A stretch of 63,918 bases of DNA, filler included, from Hyphochytrium catenoides (taxonomy: Eukaryota; Protista; Hyphochytriomycota), in the NCBI GenBank assembly GCA_900088475.1. It is 15 parts of 15 records of this genome, joined end to end, with 100 filler letters (N's around TTAATTAATTAA, not from the genome) between each part and the next. Parts side by side here need not be neighbours in the genome. Positions count along the whole stretch, not along the records: positions 1 to 16,532 come from FLMG01000179.1; 14 more parts are not named here. One strand, given 5' to 3'. The position numbers and the translations under genes were made by a program. The notes beneath the pieces were generated by a model. The model was not told the DNA's origin, made no database searches, and was given only the letters and a program-made list of their open reading frames with translations. This document shows, in pieces, positions 1 to 13,413 of the stretch. Numbering within the stretch: position 1 is the stretch's first letter; each line of letters starts with the position of its first letter.

Positions 1-9
1 GCGTATGGA

Positions 10-1457
10 ATGGAGGGTTACGCTGCCTACGATCCAGCTCAGAGACCTAGCATCAGAGCTGCTTCTTTATCATCATCCCCGACCCTATCTGCTGCTAGTC
101 TTCCTCCCGCCAGTTCTATCGCAAACCTTAGTGAGAAGGTGAATCAAATGGAGCAGATGGGGGTCAAGAGGGAATGGGCCGAGTACGCACTGCGGAGGAA
201 CAACGGGAATGTGGAGCAGGCAGTGAATTTCTGCTTTGATAACAACAGCAGAATGGATCAGTTGGTAGCGTCTGGCGGCGCTCTCCCGTCTTCTGTGTCT
301 TCGCGCACCCTTGCCTCTTCCCCAGGATTAGCCTCAGGTGGTCTACCTATTAATGACAATGACCCACGCCTCAAACGCTATCACTCAGAGGCAGAGGTAT
401 GGGCAAGGTACAAACCAGGCAGCAGCACAACCGCGGGAGGAGAAGAACAGAAACCTGCAGTGCCTACTGCTACACCCGTCTCTTCCCTTCCATCTCCTCC
501 TCCCCCAACGGCATCGGCAACCTATGCTATGGCCAGCGCTGCTCCAGTAGGTGCTGCGGCGACCGCGGCTATGCCACCGGTAGGTCGAGGGGAACCATCC
601 TGCTGGATCGTCCTTAGTTCTACGGCGGCTCCCTTTTTGTTTGAATGGAAGCCTGTTCCACTCTGATGGTGGCCATTCTTATCCCTTTCCCTGAATATAT
701 GTGCGGATTTTTTTTTTTTCAGGGTCCACTTCCTTGCAGTGAATGGTGTGTGAGTCTCTCACCTTTTCTAAGATGCCTAAACAGCCAGGGTTATGCTTTT
801 TTCGTTCGTTCTCCCTATCCGTCCTCTTTCACGGACTCTTACGTCTTGCAACTCTATGATCAGCTCCCGCCTCCCGCCGCTGGCCCTGAGCAGAAGGAAG
901 TTTACTTGAAGGTCATGTCCTTCTGCAAAGGGTGGTTCCAGGATGAGGCGAACATCACTTCGTTCAAAACCAATTGTAAGAGTGTTGGTCAGGGTGCGAT
1001 GTCGCTAGAAGATTTCGCACTTTATCTGGAACGAAGCTTCTCTCGCCCTGCTCTGCTGCAGCTAATCCCAGACTTAGTAAGGCTCATGCCCACGGAGGAG
1101 ATGAGGCAAACGTTATGGGTACGACAGAGTTTGTGCTGATAGATCGCCTTTCTCCTTGCTCTGCACCTGTGGACGGCGCCCTCTTCTCCGGCTAATGAAC
1201 TTTCGTTCATTGACTCCTTACTGGGCTGCAAGTTGCGCTTCTGCACGCCATTTACCTAGTATTTTAGCTGCCACAAAGGCTCTGTGTCTGCACTGCTTGA
1301 ATTGTGGTTCTCCGCATGGCCAACGTGAAGCCCTGCCACCTTCCCCGTTGCTATCAGTTTCTTCCGTCCTGCGTTGTTCTCCTTTCTTTCTGACTACGCC
1401 TTTGCTGGACTAACCTCATTTATACAGACGCGGGTGCATTCCGGATCTGCTGTTTGA
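10..1457 (+). CDS. UBA-domain protein with C-terminal helical domain (ZNF598/Hel2 C-terminal-like); multi-exon, probably 5' partial
   Basis: UBA motif 'EKVNQMEQMGVKREWAEYALRRNNGNVEQAVNF'. Donor near 580, exon ~864-1118 ('FKTNCKSVGQGAMSLEDFALYLERSF...LIPDLVRLMP'). Last exon 1428-1457 follows CTAAC...TATACAG and ends in TGA. Confidence 0.7.
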
Positions 1458-2087
1458 GGGGCAAGTCTGGCCCTCAATCTTCCTTTCCGTGAAGGCGATG
1501 CGGCCAGGACCAACTCACGGGTGAAAACATTAGAGAAAGACGTGCGAGACAAGAACAGGAGGTGCCATCTAGACAGGCCTCCTACACCTGAAGAGATAAT
1601 GGGTCTAGGGGACCATGATCGACAATCTTATTTTTCTAGAGTTTGCCGTCTCGGGCGCTTATGTAATATGTTTAAAGCAGGAAGAGTTAGAGCAAGGACG
1701 CAGCTCCATTGACAATGTAGAGGTACTGCCTGGAGGTTGGAGGTTGGTACTGGCCGAAGCAGGCTCTCAGGGCACCCATCCTAATCTCTGAGCGAAGGAT
1801 AACGAGGGTAGGAGACGAGGTGAAGGAAGTACTTTCAGTGCAATAGGACTGCTAAGTTCGAACGCTATCACAGCTAGGTGACTAAGACGGTAGCAAAACA
1901 CTGGATAGCAAAAGTGGATCGAATGCATCGGTTTATTACATCGGCCTGGGCGTACAGCCTAATACACTGCAAGTAGAGTACGATGAGAGTCGCTCCCTCA
2001 AACGAGGAGAGGTAGGGGTGCAAAATGTACAATTCAAAAGAACTCGACTAGCTAGTCTTTTTTCCTAACGCTGCGTGCTGGAACCAC

Positions 2088-3581
2088 TTAAGCTTGGTTG
2101 TTGCCGCTCAGACACCAAAAGTTTGCCAGAACTTCTGCCGCGATCAGAGTGTCAGAACACTTTCGTCCGTTTGTGAGAAGCTTAGAATGAGCACAGGAGT
2201 AGTTCTTGTCGCGATTGGCCGTTTTCTCCGCGCTAGGCTTCATTGTTATGGAGCTAGGAGAAGCGCAGGACGACGATAGGGCCGAGTTGGCTTTTCTTCG
2301 GAGGGGTAAAGAAGAAAGCTCCCTACTATTACTTTGCCTGTCACGTCTAGGCTCCAGTGTTGGCTGTTCATGAACTAAAGGCTCTGGCGGGCTCTGGCAC
2401 GAAGAAGTTGAGGAGGAGAGAGTATGAGCCTTCTTAGGTTCCTCTCGCCTTCTCCCTCTTTCTGTTTCTCTGCTTTTTGATGCCTGCATCTTATCCAACC
2501 TGACCCGGAAAATTCGATTCAAGGACTGGACTCTTTGGTTCATGGCATTGACCGTCGATAATAAGGCCGGGATCTCCTCTTGCAAGGCAATAATGTCCTC
2601 TAGAACGTCGGACTTTCTCTTCTTCGCTCCCCGGCTTCTCTCTGCTGTCAATGGGTAGTGAGAGGAGGACGAGCGTGAAAGAGACGGTTGAGAGGACACT
2701 TCTGCGCTTAACAGTGCCTTATCCTTTTTCAAGGCGGTAGTAGACGATGCCACGTCAAGAAGAGAGAGCGAAGCTTCATCTGGAGCACAAAGCCTCTCCG
2801 CCCTCCTGGCTGCCATGTTAGCAGGATGGTATGTTCTTCTTTTGATGGTCTGGAGCAGGTCCTTTCTGCCATAAGTAAATCGCTCGTGATAGAATTGCCA
2901 CCAATCCTTTTCAGGAGGAAGTACGTGCTTTCGCTCTCTGTCATCTCTGTGGCCCCCACTCTCACTCTGACTTCTTTGTGCAAGAGCGTCTATGGTCTCA
3001 CCATAGGACTGCGTCACCTTCAGCTTGCGAAAGCCATAGAAGTTAAGCTGCCTAACGAAGGAAGCGAACTTATTGTGCCGGAAGTAGCGAGGAATCACTT
3101 CTCGCGCGAAGTTTGGTGGGTCAAATATTATGAAAGAGTCGCTTTGGAGGCTCCAGGAGGCGAGATGGGGAGGGGCACCGTCAATCATTCGATAGGTCTT
3201 CTCTAGGAACGAGAGCGAAAGGGCTGATGGGGAGAGAGGAGGAGAGTGCGGAGACAGATATGACTGTTTGCCTGGCTGATTAGAGCTGCGCCCTTTCTCT
3301 TCTGAGCTTCCTTCGTCCTCGTCAGCGCTCCTTATTTCTCTGTTCCAGCGATATTCTCTGTAACTCCCTCTACCTTCTCCTTTATTGTATGATTCTTCTC
3401 TCGCCTCTCCGTCTGATGGAATTTCGGAGAGAGCTTCGGAGCAGGACCCAAGCTCATCGTACGCTTCTCTGCAATCACCACTTCTTCCCTGGGAGATGGA
3501 GGATGAGGCACGGGATAGGAGACAAGAACTCCTCTCATTCTCTTCCGAAGAAGAGCGTGCAGATTGTCTCCTCGTCCTCAT
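2088..3581 (-). CDS. Heat shock factor (HSF-type DNA-binding domain) transcription factor, intronless
   Basis: HSF DBD 'FLEKTYRMID...ASWS...SFII...FAREVIPRYFRHNKFASFVRQLNFYGFRK...WWQFYHERF...RKDLLQTIKRR', followed by a heptad/coiled-coil segment 'LEDIIALQEEIPALLSTVNAMNQRVQSL'. Confidence 0.93.
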   Translation of the reverse strand: MRTRRQSARSSSEENERSSCLLSRASSSISQGRSGDCREAYDELGSCSEALSEIPSDGEAREESYNKGEGRGSYREYRWNREIRSADEDEGSSEEKGRSSNQPGKQSYLSPHSPPLSPSALSLSFLEKTYRMIDGAPPHLASWSLQSDSFIIFDPPNFAREVIPRYFRHNKFASFVRQLNFYGFRKLKVTQSYGETIDALAQRSQSESGGHRDDRERKHVLPPEKDWWQFYHERFTYGRKDLLQTIKRRTYHPANMAARRAERLCAPDEASLSLLDVASSTTALKKDKALLSAEVSSQPSLSRSSSSHYPLTAERSRGAKKRKSDVLEDIIALQEEIPALLSTVNAMNQRVQSLNRIFRVRLDKMQASKSRETERGRRREEPKKAHTLSSSTSSCQSPPEPLVHEQPTLEPRRDRQSNSRELSSLPLRRKANSALSSSCASPSSITMKPSAEKTANRDKNYSCAHSKLLTNGRKCSDTLIAAEVLANFWCLSGNNQA

Positions 3582-5811
3582 CAGTCCAAAAATCCGCCAG
3601 CAAAGTTCTACAAAGGAACTTAGTAAGTCGCGATGATCCTTGCTAGATCCTGGCAGGAGCCATGATCTCCAAACAACAGGCGATCCGTCGTCTTCGCAAC
3701 AGACAGAGAGAGGTCCTCATGCAGGGATGTCTAAGACCTTAAAATTGAAGGTGTTCTTGATATGGACAATCCCAAAGGCAGTGAGAAAGCGAAAGTGCCA
3801 GAGCAGAGAGTAGTGCAAGTCTGGCCAGTGAGGCAGACACCGAGCAGTGGAGGTAAGGAAGGGCAAGTTCTGTTGCTTCGCTGGACCTTGTTATGGGAGA
3901 AGCACAGTGCGGCGACGGCCATGGGAAGCGCAACAGTCTGTTGCACTGCCAACACCGCCACCTTTCTCACTCGCACTCACCCTTTGCTTCGATCGATCGA
4001 TCGATCGTTCGCAGAAGGTTCTCTCCTCTTCTCTGTCTTCTCCGCTCAACTCTTCTTTTACCGCCAAACGTGCTATCTCCTCAGTGCTCTGTCTCGTCTC
4101 TCAGTCATCGTCCTGCCTCTCGGTTCGTCTGATCGGAGCTGGATGTCCCTTCGCCGCCGCGCCGATCCGTTCCGCTGCCGACCGAAAACGGAGATGAAGC
4201 TTTGAGGAGTGGGGGCGGTGTATCCTTAGATTATTGGAGGTTTCTCGTAGTTCCTACTCCTCGATAACGCTTACGGCACCCGGCGAAAGACCAGGACATG
4301 CCTTTTTCTCCCAATGTTTGAGATCCTACGTCTGAACCTTAGCCGCCTGCTATCCATGATCAGGATTTTCTCTTGATGCTAGTTTCCAAACAATAGCCGC
4401 CCATCACAGTGCATGAAACGACAAATCCGCCCAGGCTCTGGAAAAGGTTGAGTTTGCTCCCTGTTACACTTTATCCATGAGCTTCCAAACTTACTCCCTC
4501 TCAAAGAAGATCATCGTTTCTCCAAGTTCGGCTGCATCTTTTCCTGTCAGCTAAAGTTCTCTCTCACACCCACTTATGCTAATGATTTCCAGGCTTAATG
4601 CAGCTTGCCCACCCGCCCTACGAACCAAGAGTATCGAGAATATATTCAACTATGTCAGTGTTATCATGTAATAAACTTATGTTATTCCTGATAACCGCAT
4701 CCCTTGTACATTGTTGTAAGCGGTTGTACAGGACAAGGAATGCTGTTGTATTCAAGCGGAGACGAAGAAGGCAAGTTGAAGATCTTTGGGTACAAATAAA
4801 TAGAGATATGTAAGCTCCATCACGCGTGAGGCTGAAGCAAGGCCACAGGCGGCTGTTCCGCGCCGGCCGCTGCTTTTTCATGCGTCTTCCCTTTCCTCTT
4901 TTGCTGCCTGCTAGCCCATTGATCCGGCCCGTAGCGTCATTGCCACTTCGACACTAGCCTTCCAACAACAGATCGAACCAGGTTTTGTTCATCATCGCCA
5001 GTAAGACAAGCGGCTTGTGGGGGTCAAAGCCAACGAGAGAAGAGAGAGATCTCTACGTTTACAAGCGCGACTAAGCCTGGGCCACATGGAGCCGAACTCT
5101 AACGACAGGATTGGGCTGCGGGGATCAGGTCATGCCTCGGTCAGCAGTAGAATGGGCCAGGTTAAGATGACTGGAGAAGACACTCCTTCTTCATCGTCCG
5201 ACATGCCTGGTGGGAAGAGGACAGCGAGGGACGAACACTGCCACATGGTTACACAAATGGCTCTTAGCGGCGAAGACGTTCCTCGTGGTCCTGCTAAGGA
5301 CAAGAAGGCTTCAAGTTTCGGGGATGCTCCTGTCGGAGGAGATTTTATGTCCTGAGGCGCTCACCCAGTCATCTCACTGCAACGCTTGCCTGCTGCACCA
5401 TGCTAGTCTTACATACATCTAGTAGTCTCACTTCCTTGCTTTGCAGGAGTCTAACAGCAAGGTTCCGGATTATGCTGCCTTTTTCATTTATAAAAGTCTT
5501 TACTTACTAGGCGTTCAATGCACACAAAGACTATGGACTCGCTATACCCGTAGATAAAAGGCCAAGGTACTGCTGTGCAGTCTCAGTTGCGCTATGCTCG
5601 TTCTACCAAGGGTGAAGACGAACGACATAGCTGTGGCTAGAAATAATGGCAACAACAGGGCCAGAGGACAAGAAGTGGAACATATGCTTTTTCAGAGAAT
5701 GCCGTGCGGCTGACTATGGCAGAAAGGGAACATTGGGCGTACGAAGAGCTTGTGACTCCCTCAGCCAAGTTGAAAATCGCTAAATCCCAGAATAAGGATG
5801 AGACAAGCCGC

Positions 5812-8800
5812 TTAGTGGCCCTTGTGCACTTTGCCGTGTGTGCGTAAGTGCTGCTTCTGTTTAAAAGTCTTCCCACAGCCTGGAACGCTGCATGTGTAGG
5901 GGCGTTCGTGAGTGTGAGTCCGTAGGTGGCGCTTCAAGTGGTCCGAACTCCTAAGGCATCGAAAGGGGATAATGAGGCGTGGAGGAGACAGAAACAAAGC
6001 GTAAGATAGTAGAAGTGTTAGCGAGCGGAGGTATCTCAATGCGAGCATTTCAACAGTCTCAGAGCAGATAAGACGCTCCACAACGGATAACACTGCTAGC
6101 AAACGTCTCTCCAAAGTGAGTAGTGCTACTCAGCTTACGGAGAGGGCCACGAGATCAGCAACAGAAACAGAAAGAGCTTCGAGCGACGAACGGAGGAACA
6201 CACATATTGCAAAGGTCACTGATCTCTCTTCAGCTCTAGGTCTAACTCTACCTCTCTCTAGCTTGTGCTGGCCGTAACATACCTGAACTTCTTGTCACAT
6301 CCATCCCAAGTGCATTCATACTTTTTAATACCGGTATGCTGGATCTCATGCTGCGTCTTTTGACTCATTGAAGCAAACTTCTCGGGGCAGTAGTCGCACG
6401 AGAAGGGCTTTTCTCCCGTGTGAGTTCTCAGGTGATACTGAAGAGCAGCCTGAGAGTGCAGAATCTTCTTACAGCCCTCCCAGGTGCAGGAATAAAGGTG
6501 TCGACCGTCCGGGAGAATCGCCCGCTCAAACTGGATAAATGTATCATGACAACGGTTAATGATAGACGATGCAGTAGCACACTTGATTATAAGTAGTACC
6601 AACATGGTCGAGTGCTAAGAAAGTCAAGGGAGAGGAAAGGCGCTGCCAATAACCTCGTAAGAGATGAGCCTTAATGGACCGAATGGCAAAGTCTGCCAGG
6701 CGATACACGAAGGACGGTTCGAGCGCCTAATACCTTCTCAAGTAATAAACGACAACTACATGCACTCGGATGCCTAGAGGACTCCGAGGACATACTGAAC
6801 TTAAAGAAGATTGACGAGGAGTCAAAAGTGGAAAAGGTAACTTCAAATAAAGATGACAATAAAGGAAGAATAGGCTTACCCGTGAAGTGACTGTAGGTCC
6901 TCTATTGAGGCGCTTTTTGGGCTTGCATCTGTTCTTCTCCTTATGGCGGTCCATGCCAGCGATGGATAGAAACTTGGCACCACAGCGATCACATTGAGGG
7001 ATGCGACGGTTCGTGCTGGTGACTAGTCCTAAGCAGACCCGAGGATCAGAGGCATGACGACGACAATGAAATGGGAAGAGCAAGACAGAATCTCTCCGAC
7101 ACCTGGTTAGTGAAGTGCAAGTGAACCTTACGAGTGAGGGGAAACAGCGTAGCTGGTTAGATATAAGAAAATAGGAATGAGAGAGCCGCATGGTAACTAG
7201 CGATGACACAGCGCAACAGAACCCAGTTTGATAGCTTCTAAGCAGAATCCTCCGTACTCGCCAGCTTTCTATCCTCTACTGTACCTCCTGGAGCGGCAAG
7301 CATCTCTCCCCTTCCTTCCTCTGCAGTCCCGTCTTCAAGCTCTTCAGTTGCCCCTTCTTCCAAACTGCCTCCTTGTTTAAACCTATCGGCATTGGCCTGG
7401 GGGGTTTCGACAGGGTTCGATGAGGTTCCTCCTATGTGATGAAGAAGAGCAAGGCGTGGTATCGATTAAAAAGTTCCATGACGTATGAAGGAGCACATTT
7501 TGGCATCTAACAGTCACAACACACCCCATTCTCGACAGCTGGAAGAAGAGAGGGACGAAGTCGAGGTCACAATAGCTGACGAGCCAGATCTAGACCGAGC
7601 AAGTTTGGTGGAGACGGATAAAGCACGTTTTCATTCAATAAGGGCCACAAGGGTGCCAAGACTGTTGCACTGTAAGGTTCACGTCCTGATTACACTCAGG
7701 CTCCTTACCGGGACCAAACATGGCAGCATGTAGTTTAGCTTGGTTGATCTGATACGTTGAGGAACCGAAGATCTCTTTGAGGTCCTCGCTCTTGAAGTGA
7801 TCAGCCACAATTGATAGAACTCTTCTTTTCCCATCAGGACCACTTTTCTCTTTGCGGTACGTATCAGCCAGGGAGCCCAGGAGACCTGTTGTTGGGTGAG
7901 TCCTCTCACCATCTATGACCCTCTCCTGTTGAAGGTGGAGACCTCCATACTCTCTAAGATTTGACTTAAAGACAGGCTGCGAGAGAACGTCTGAGAGGAG
8001 ACGGTAAGGGTTACCCTGGGAGATGTTCTCCATCAGAGGAAGAAGCAAGGCCGACGCTGCTTCGACCGCATTTTTGGAGGGCCTCGAGGTTGAGCTATCG
8101 ACAGAACCTCGACTAAACTTGAGACGAGCCTCTAGTAGGAAAGAGTCTGGGTCTTCATCTGAGCAAGCGAAGGTCAGATGCCTATTTTAAAGCTTGAGAA
8201 GTTACACAGAGTACTGGTTGCACAAGAAGTCATTCCATGGAAAGATTCTCTATGGCTAGAGGATAGTAAGGAGCCGTTCTTGAGGGACTAGATAAAGTGG
8301 TAGATAGGAAGAGCTCATTGGTTGTCGATGACTGAAAGAGGGTTCTAGGGACCAACAGGATAGATCCAAGATGGATCTATTGCCAAAGTTTTCATTAGAT
8401 GGCATTCATTTACCTCCCGTTCCTCGGACATTGACCTCAACCTGCGGCTCCTTTCTGAGTCTCTTGTGGCGGTGCTCTGGATGATGGGGAGATGACACAT
8501 TCAAGCTNNNNNNNNNNNNNNNNNNNNNNNNNNNNNNNNNNNNNNNNNNNNNNNNNNTCAAAATGGGCACCCGCACCCGCAGAAGAGGGATCGCGCATGT
8601 TAAAAGGAAGAAACTTAGATATCTGGAAGCGGGTGGATGAACAGGCAGAAGATCACGCGTGATGGCTGGGAGATATAGCAGCTAGAGAACACTTAGCGGT
8701 ACGAACCTGTGCTCCAGCTATATCGTCCTCGCCGCTTACTGGCCATTGAGGCCAAGTTACCTGCTGGTTGAGAAGCATCCCCTGCAGCCGTACCAACCCC

Positions 8801-8911
8801 AGCGGTGTCCTGAGAACTGCCACCTCCCGCTGCTGGGGTTAAACCTCCGCCGAAACCAGGGATATCGGATTCCAGTGTTCTGCCCTCATCGGCGCGAGCC
8901 GAGGTTGACAT
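5812..8911 (-). CDS. Multi-exon C2H2 zinc-finger protein with a transposase-like internal segment
   Basis: Four C2H2 fingers with TGEKPF/THERPY linkers (exons ~6283-6530 and 5812-5951; splice joins KKFR|[12 protein letters not shown]) plus a CDRC..H..C finger near 6930-7000. Upstream exons at ~7709-8158 and ~8415-8507. Probable first exon is ATG 8911 to a donor at ~8707, across the internal N gap. Confidence 0.8.
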
Positions 8912-11900
8912 TATGTATCGTTATCTAGCTCCGGTCTAGCGAAGTGGCCGATATCACCGAGCTATGAAGAGAGAGAAGGGGGCACTGACAACAAGGAGGA
9001 GGAGCTATCAGACACACCGAGAGCCAGACGCCACCATCTTAAGGACTTAAGATTACTCGAGGAGACCAGGCGACAGGCATAAAGAGCAATGATCGCCGCG
9101 GTGCAGGGTCGTGTCTTCACCCGTTGAGTCGCTACTGGGCGTGTGGACTAAACCTTCCTGCGAGCCCCTGTCATCAACCCACGCGCAGTTGGCAGAGAAG
9201 TGAGCGTCACCATACAAGGACGCATTCAGCCCTCAGTGAGTAAGATTCCTTTGGAAGAGTACGAACTGCCTCCCATTCTCGAGCTTCGCAAAGCTAGTGA
9301 CGTATCAAAGCTTCTGATCTCCATCTGCTGCTGTCGCTCTTCTCTGTGAGTGGCGCCTTTGTGCGCAGCGGCGTTGAGACGAAGAAGAAGAGGCAACCAA
9401 GCCACGATGCTAGATGGTCGGCCAGATAGTTCAAGTTGCATACATTCGAAGTTCAGTTTGTAGCAATAGAGGGACGGTAACGCACTCGACTCCGAAGCAC
9501 AGTCTATGAGTGAATGCTAAAATCCAAACAACGCTCCTCACTCATCACTCATCCGCAGTTGGTTCGCCAGCCTCATAAATAGTCCTATCGTGGGGCTCGG
9601 CCGCTCGGTCATAGATAGAAGCGCTGCACTTTGCTGGTCAAGGCCGCCTTCTCCTCCTCCTTTATTTGGCCCTTCTTCCGACCCGACCACCGGGCGGCCA
9701 GCAGGTGGCTGCTCATGGCTGCTGGAAGTGTTCACTGACTCTTCGTCATCCTGTCTGTTGCCCTTGCCCGCTGTAGGTCTGTCACAGCTTTTTCGTCTAA
9801 TGAGCCTTCTGTACTACCTTCCCTGCTGCTGGTGCCCGTCATCGATCGTCGTGATGTGACTTTATCGTCATCACCAGTCCTCGGGCTGCTACTTCTATCC
9901 TTTGTCCGTCGGATCCGAAGACATAGCTAAGAACGGGAGAAGGTGGTGAAGGTTGTTCCTCTTTCTTCTTCATGACTGATGATGATGGTGCCTGCTGCTG
10001 CTGTCCTTCTGCTGGACACAACTATCAATAGCAAGGAAACGATGCTCCTCCACCGCAGACGTTGTTGATGGATGACGAGGACATGGAGAGGCTTTGCGCC
10101 AGCGGGAGACTCACTTCTATCAGGAATGTGCCTCATTCTTCTCTCTGGCGGCCACCAGCGGAGCTTACTACCACTTGCTGTTATTATGTGCTGCTCATAG
10201 GATCCCAACTACATCCAAGGACTTTTCGGGTAAGCCTGCTGCTGACAACACTGCTTCTCCGCTCGTCGTTCAATTTGATTAGTTCGCGTGCAGCTTAGGC
10301 CCAAGGCCTGCGCCTTCTAGCAGACGCGCTCACATCACAAGTGTCGCATTCTGCCCGGTCATTTAAATCCAGATCTTCTATTGAGCTCATCATTCACGCC
10401 TTTGTCTATCCCTTGCGTTCGAGACCTTGCAGGCCAAAGAGGGGAACTCCAGCATAGGTCTATTGTTTAGAAAGCTTAGCGTATCAGAATCCGGGGGGGA
10501 AGCTGGCATACTCACTCTCTCTTGCCTGCTCTCTAACTTGGCAATCCTCTTTTGGGTTGCCTCTGTAAGGTTCACATGTTGAGCAGTGCCAATGCGTGAC
10601 TAAGTTAGCAGGCATCTTCAAGAGTTAGGAAGTCCTACCTGTACAAACGATTGACGGTGTTTCGTGAGAGTGATTAGCACTCTTTCTAATATTATATAAT
10701 GAATGATGGCTATGCTCACGGCGCCTTTGGTCCAAAGATCGACGATAATGGAGAACCTCATATAATCCTGGTGAGTGTCACTTCTTCGGACAAGAGAAGA
10801 CACAGACAACATTGATGCTAGCTTCACTTTGGATGCTTTCTGACCGCTTCTGACTGTTCTCCATCATCAGTCGGAGCTGGTAGTAGAAGAGCCTCTTTGA
10901 GGGAGTAGCTCATTGTCCATTCCTATTGCTCCCAGTTTTGCAGCCTCACGAAAGAGCTACTGCTCATCATCACGCAGTTCTCTCTCACTCTTCAGATCAT
11001 CAGTCGTTTGTCCCTTGCGGCCTCAAGCAACTATGGACTACTTGGCCTTCCCATGGTTTCTTCATGATGGTGTGCCTTTGTGGAACCAGAGACAGTCCCT
11101 GCAGTAGTCATCTGACAGCCCCTAACCGGATATGGAAGAATGCATTAATGAACTTGGAGCCCGCTTCAGCAGCAGTCTAATGGCCCTGGAAGCTGGTTAT
11201 TTGCTGTCCTCAAGCTCTTTGAAAATTGCTCCCTCAAGGCGCTGAATGAGGTGAGGAGGACAGACCAGGCAGGACCTACACATGTGAATATTGCAGGACA
11301 GTGACGTGGTCAAAGGATTGTGGGACATGTGCTGCAGCTGGAACGGTCCCCTCCTCCTCAATTGTTCCAATCCCGGAGATTTTGACCTGGTGGCGTACTA
11401 TCGATCCCGTACTCACTCACCACTCCTTTTCCTGCTTTGCAATGCAAAGGACGCCAGTACATCATCACTATCGAGGGATGCTTGAGTAGCTAGTAGTGGC
11501 GCCAGTTTTCTTACTATCTCTTCCCTTCAGGTCCCTTTGGCTACAAGGTAATAATAACAGAAGTAAACCGCCTCTTGCCGCCCGAAGCTCCAGCACAATA
11601 TCTTTTTTGCGACCCGCATTAATACTCATTGTTGGTTCTCATGCCGGTGGAGGTGGCTGGCATTGTTTGGCTCGTTTTTGCTCTTCTTGCACTACGTCTT
11701 TCGACATCACATACCGCTCAAGGGTGACAGCGTCGTCTTAGCCGCCGCTAACACAATGAGTTTTTCTGTCGTCCGCTACTCGCTTTGGAATTTTTTCCTT
11801 AAACGCCGTGCCACTGCAAGAGACGAGGGAGACAGTTCTCCTCCTTGTTCGTCCGTCAACTTTCTTCTTCCTTCTCTCAAACCGTTATGGACTTGAAGAA

Positions 11901-13413
11901 GGCGCTCGATTCGTCAACCACGAAGCAGGAAGGGTTGCACGCAGTAAATTGTAGGGGTAGGAACAGTAATGAATGGCAGAAAGGACGAACTACCTTACTT
12001 CTTAGCCCGACAGGCTTCTCTCATCATCATTGGTCATTCTGCCCTCGCTCGTAGTACAGTAGAAGAAACTTGACTATGTGCATCGTCGCGTAGCCCACAA
12101 CCAAGACGCCCACAGTAGTCTCCGGTAGTAGCTCCTTCCGCCTTCTACCATCCCCTCCTCATGACCTCCTCAATGCTAGACCGGCAGATAGACTTATAGA
12201 GTTTTCGGTAGGGGTTAGTAAAGGCCTTTAGAGGACGATGTTCTGCAGCAGGAACATTTCTTGTCACTTTTATACTCAACCCCATCTCATAATCTCATAG
12301 CACTATGACCGCGGGACGGACGCGTCTTCAAGCCGACGATGATGTTAGTGCTACGGTTGAGAGAGGTAGTTCATGCTGGAAGCATGAGCTCTGGCTAGTA
12401 GATTGCCGTCTTGCCAGTGGCCTTATCTTCCTTCAGTAAGATTGGAGGCAGCGCTAAACGACGTGTGGGGGAAAGTTCTACGCTCTCTTCTACTACAGTA
12501 GTTATTGCGAGGGGACTTTTGGGGGAGAAAGAAATCCCCACGATCCCACAAGGTGCCGACCTCCATGGTCGTAAGTTTTATTTAGTAGCTCCTGCTTAGG
12601 AGTGCAGTCAACCAAAATGACGCGGCGAGAGTCCTACATTATTTTTCATCCAATCAGAAAACGCCATCAGTCCTTGCTCCCACTTCAGTGCCTCTTCCTC
12701 CCACTAGAAGATAGTCGATAAAAAAAAAGGAGTCTAACAGAACGCCATACAGTCGCGCAATGATTGGCACTCACTTCCGTGGTGTGCGGGGCCTACTCTT
12801 GCGACCTCCACCTCGTCAGTGCACAAGTGTAGAAAGGATCATTGAGGTATTATTGGTTGAAAAGCTCGCCACGTCCCCTGTCATTGTAGAGTTAGACCTG
12901 CAGACGACTATCATCACCACTACTTATCAATAGCTGTTGACCCAGTTGTTGTCCCAGTTTCCACTACTCTTGATAGAGTAAGGTCAAGCAATGAAAGAGC
13001 CAGCATCAACTACTCTTCTCTTCTCTACTATCCACTATTAGAAGCCTTCAGAAGGCCGCGTTTCTCCTCCTCCATAAGTGCTCTTCCGTGCTGTACTTTC
13101 CGCTTTTCTTTCGGTCATCCTCCTTGTGGACCATGATGAGGCCAATGTCCTCAGCATTCACTTCGCCTTCGCTACCACCATCAGTAGTGAGAGGGAGTAG
13201 GTTCTTCCATGAACGAAGAAGGGGTTCTTTCATGACGATGAAGGGGTGGAAGAGGGCGGGAGAGCTTTTTGCCTTCAGTCTTTACACCGCCTACCACTAA
13301 ACCAAGCTCACTCAGTAATTGACCAAGCGCCGATAACAACCAATCGCCCAGGACAGCCAAAGACAGCTTCTTACAGACGAGTACAAAATAACAGCCCATC
13401 ATTATCGACGATT

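Noticed and set aside
9000-12600. Short ORFs as genes or a viral insertion
   Set aside because: No recognisable domains, frequent stops and no consistent splice structure; at most decayed coding sequence.
13306-13321. Oomycete INR/FPR core promoter upstream of HMT (GCTCACTCAGTAATTG)
   Set aside because: Only a partial match to a short degenerate consensus; not distinguishable from chance.
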